34,432 nt of DNA from Chiloscyllium plagiosum (taxonomy: Eukaryota): contig NC_057719.1 of assembly GCF_004010195.1 (NCBI RefSeq), positions 53,998,582 through 54,033,013 of the forward strand, written 5' to 3'. The notes under the pieces are model-generated. The model was not told the DNA's origin. It did not search any database and saw only the letters and a list, made by a program, of their open reading frames with translations. The first letter of the stretch is position 1, and each line of letters begins with the position of its first letter. Positions 34,298 to 34,432 of this stretch are shown one piece after another. A program made the position numbers and the translations under genes.

Positions 34298-34432
34298 GTG
34301 AAGAAGGCATTTGGTATGCTCTCCTTTATCAGTCAGAGTATTTAGTACAGGGGTTGGGAGATCATGTTGTGGCTGTACAGGACATTGGTTAGGCCACTGT
34401 TGGATATTGCATGCAATTCTGGTCTTCTTCCT
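34298..34432 (+). mobile_element. CR1 RT C-terminal fragment, runs off the window
   Basis: VKKAFGMLSFISQSI*YRGWEIMLWLYRTLVRPLL. Confidence 0.85.

Overview
Vertebrate non-coding DNA, most likely from a shark or other cartilaginous fish (inferred from HE1-like V-SINEs and the CR1 and Penelope families present). It is roughly two-thirds transposable elements and has no supportable host protein-coding gene. Contents: several CR1 LINEs (two near full length, with ORF1 zinc finger plus SGNH esterase and ORF2 APE-RT), a 5'-truncated Penelope-like element (YVDD RT plus GIY-YIG), a decayed Gypsy internal region, a probable solo LTR, tRNA-derived SINEs, a possible Harbinger relic and a 500-N scaffold gap. 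Elements are nested several layers deep. Two systems stand out. (1) Short non-coding hairpin insertions of about 150-225 bp, built as inverted arm + long arm + 32-35 nt tail, flanked by 12-17 bp target duplications and carrying a minimal type I hammerhead ribozyme core; these look like non-autonomous Penelope derivatives, and the Penelope copy in the window has its own decayed hammerhead. (2) A ~3.1 kb LINE with no room for ORF1 whose 5' end is a tRNA-like Pol III head, plus SINEs in the same window that are head+tail fusions of that LINE. Family names come from motif recognition by eye, not database searches, and boundaries of old elements are approximate.
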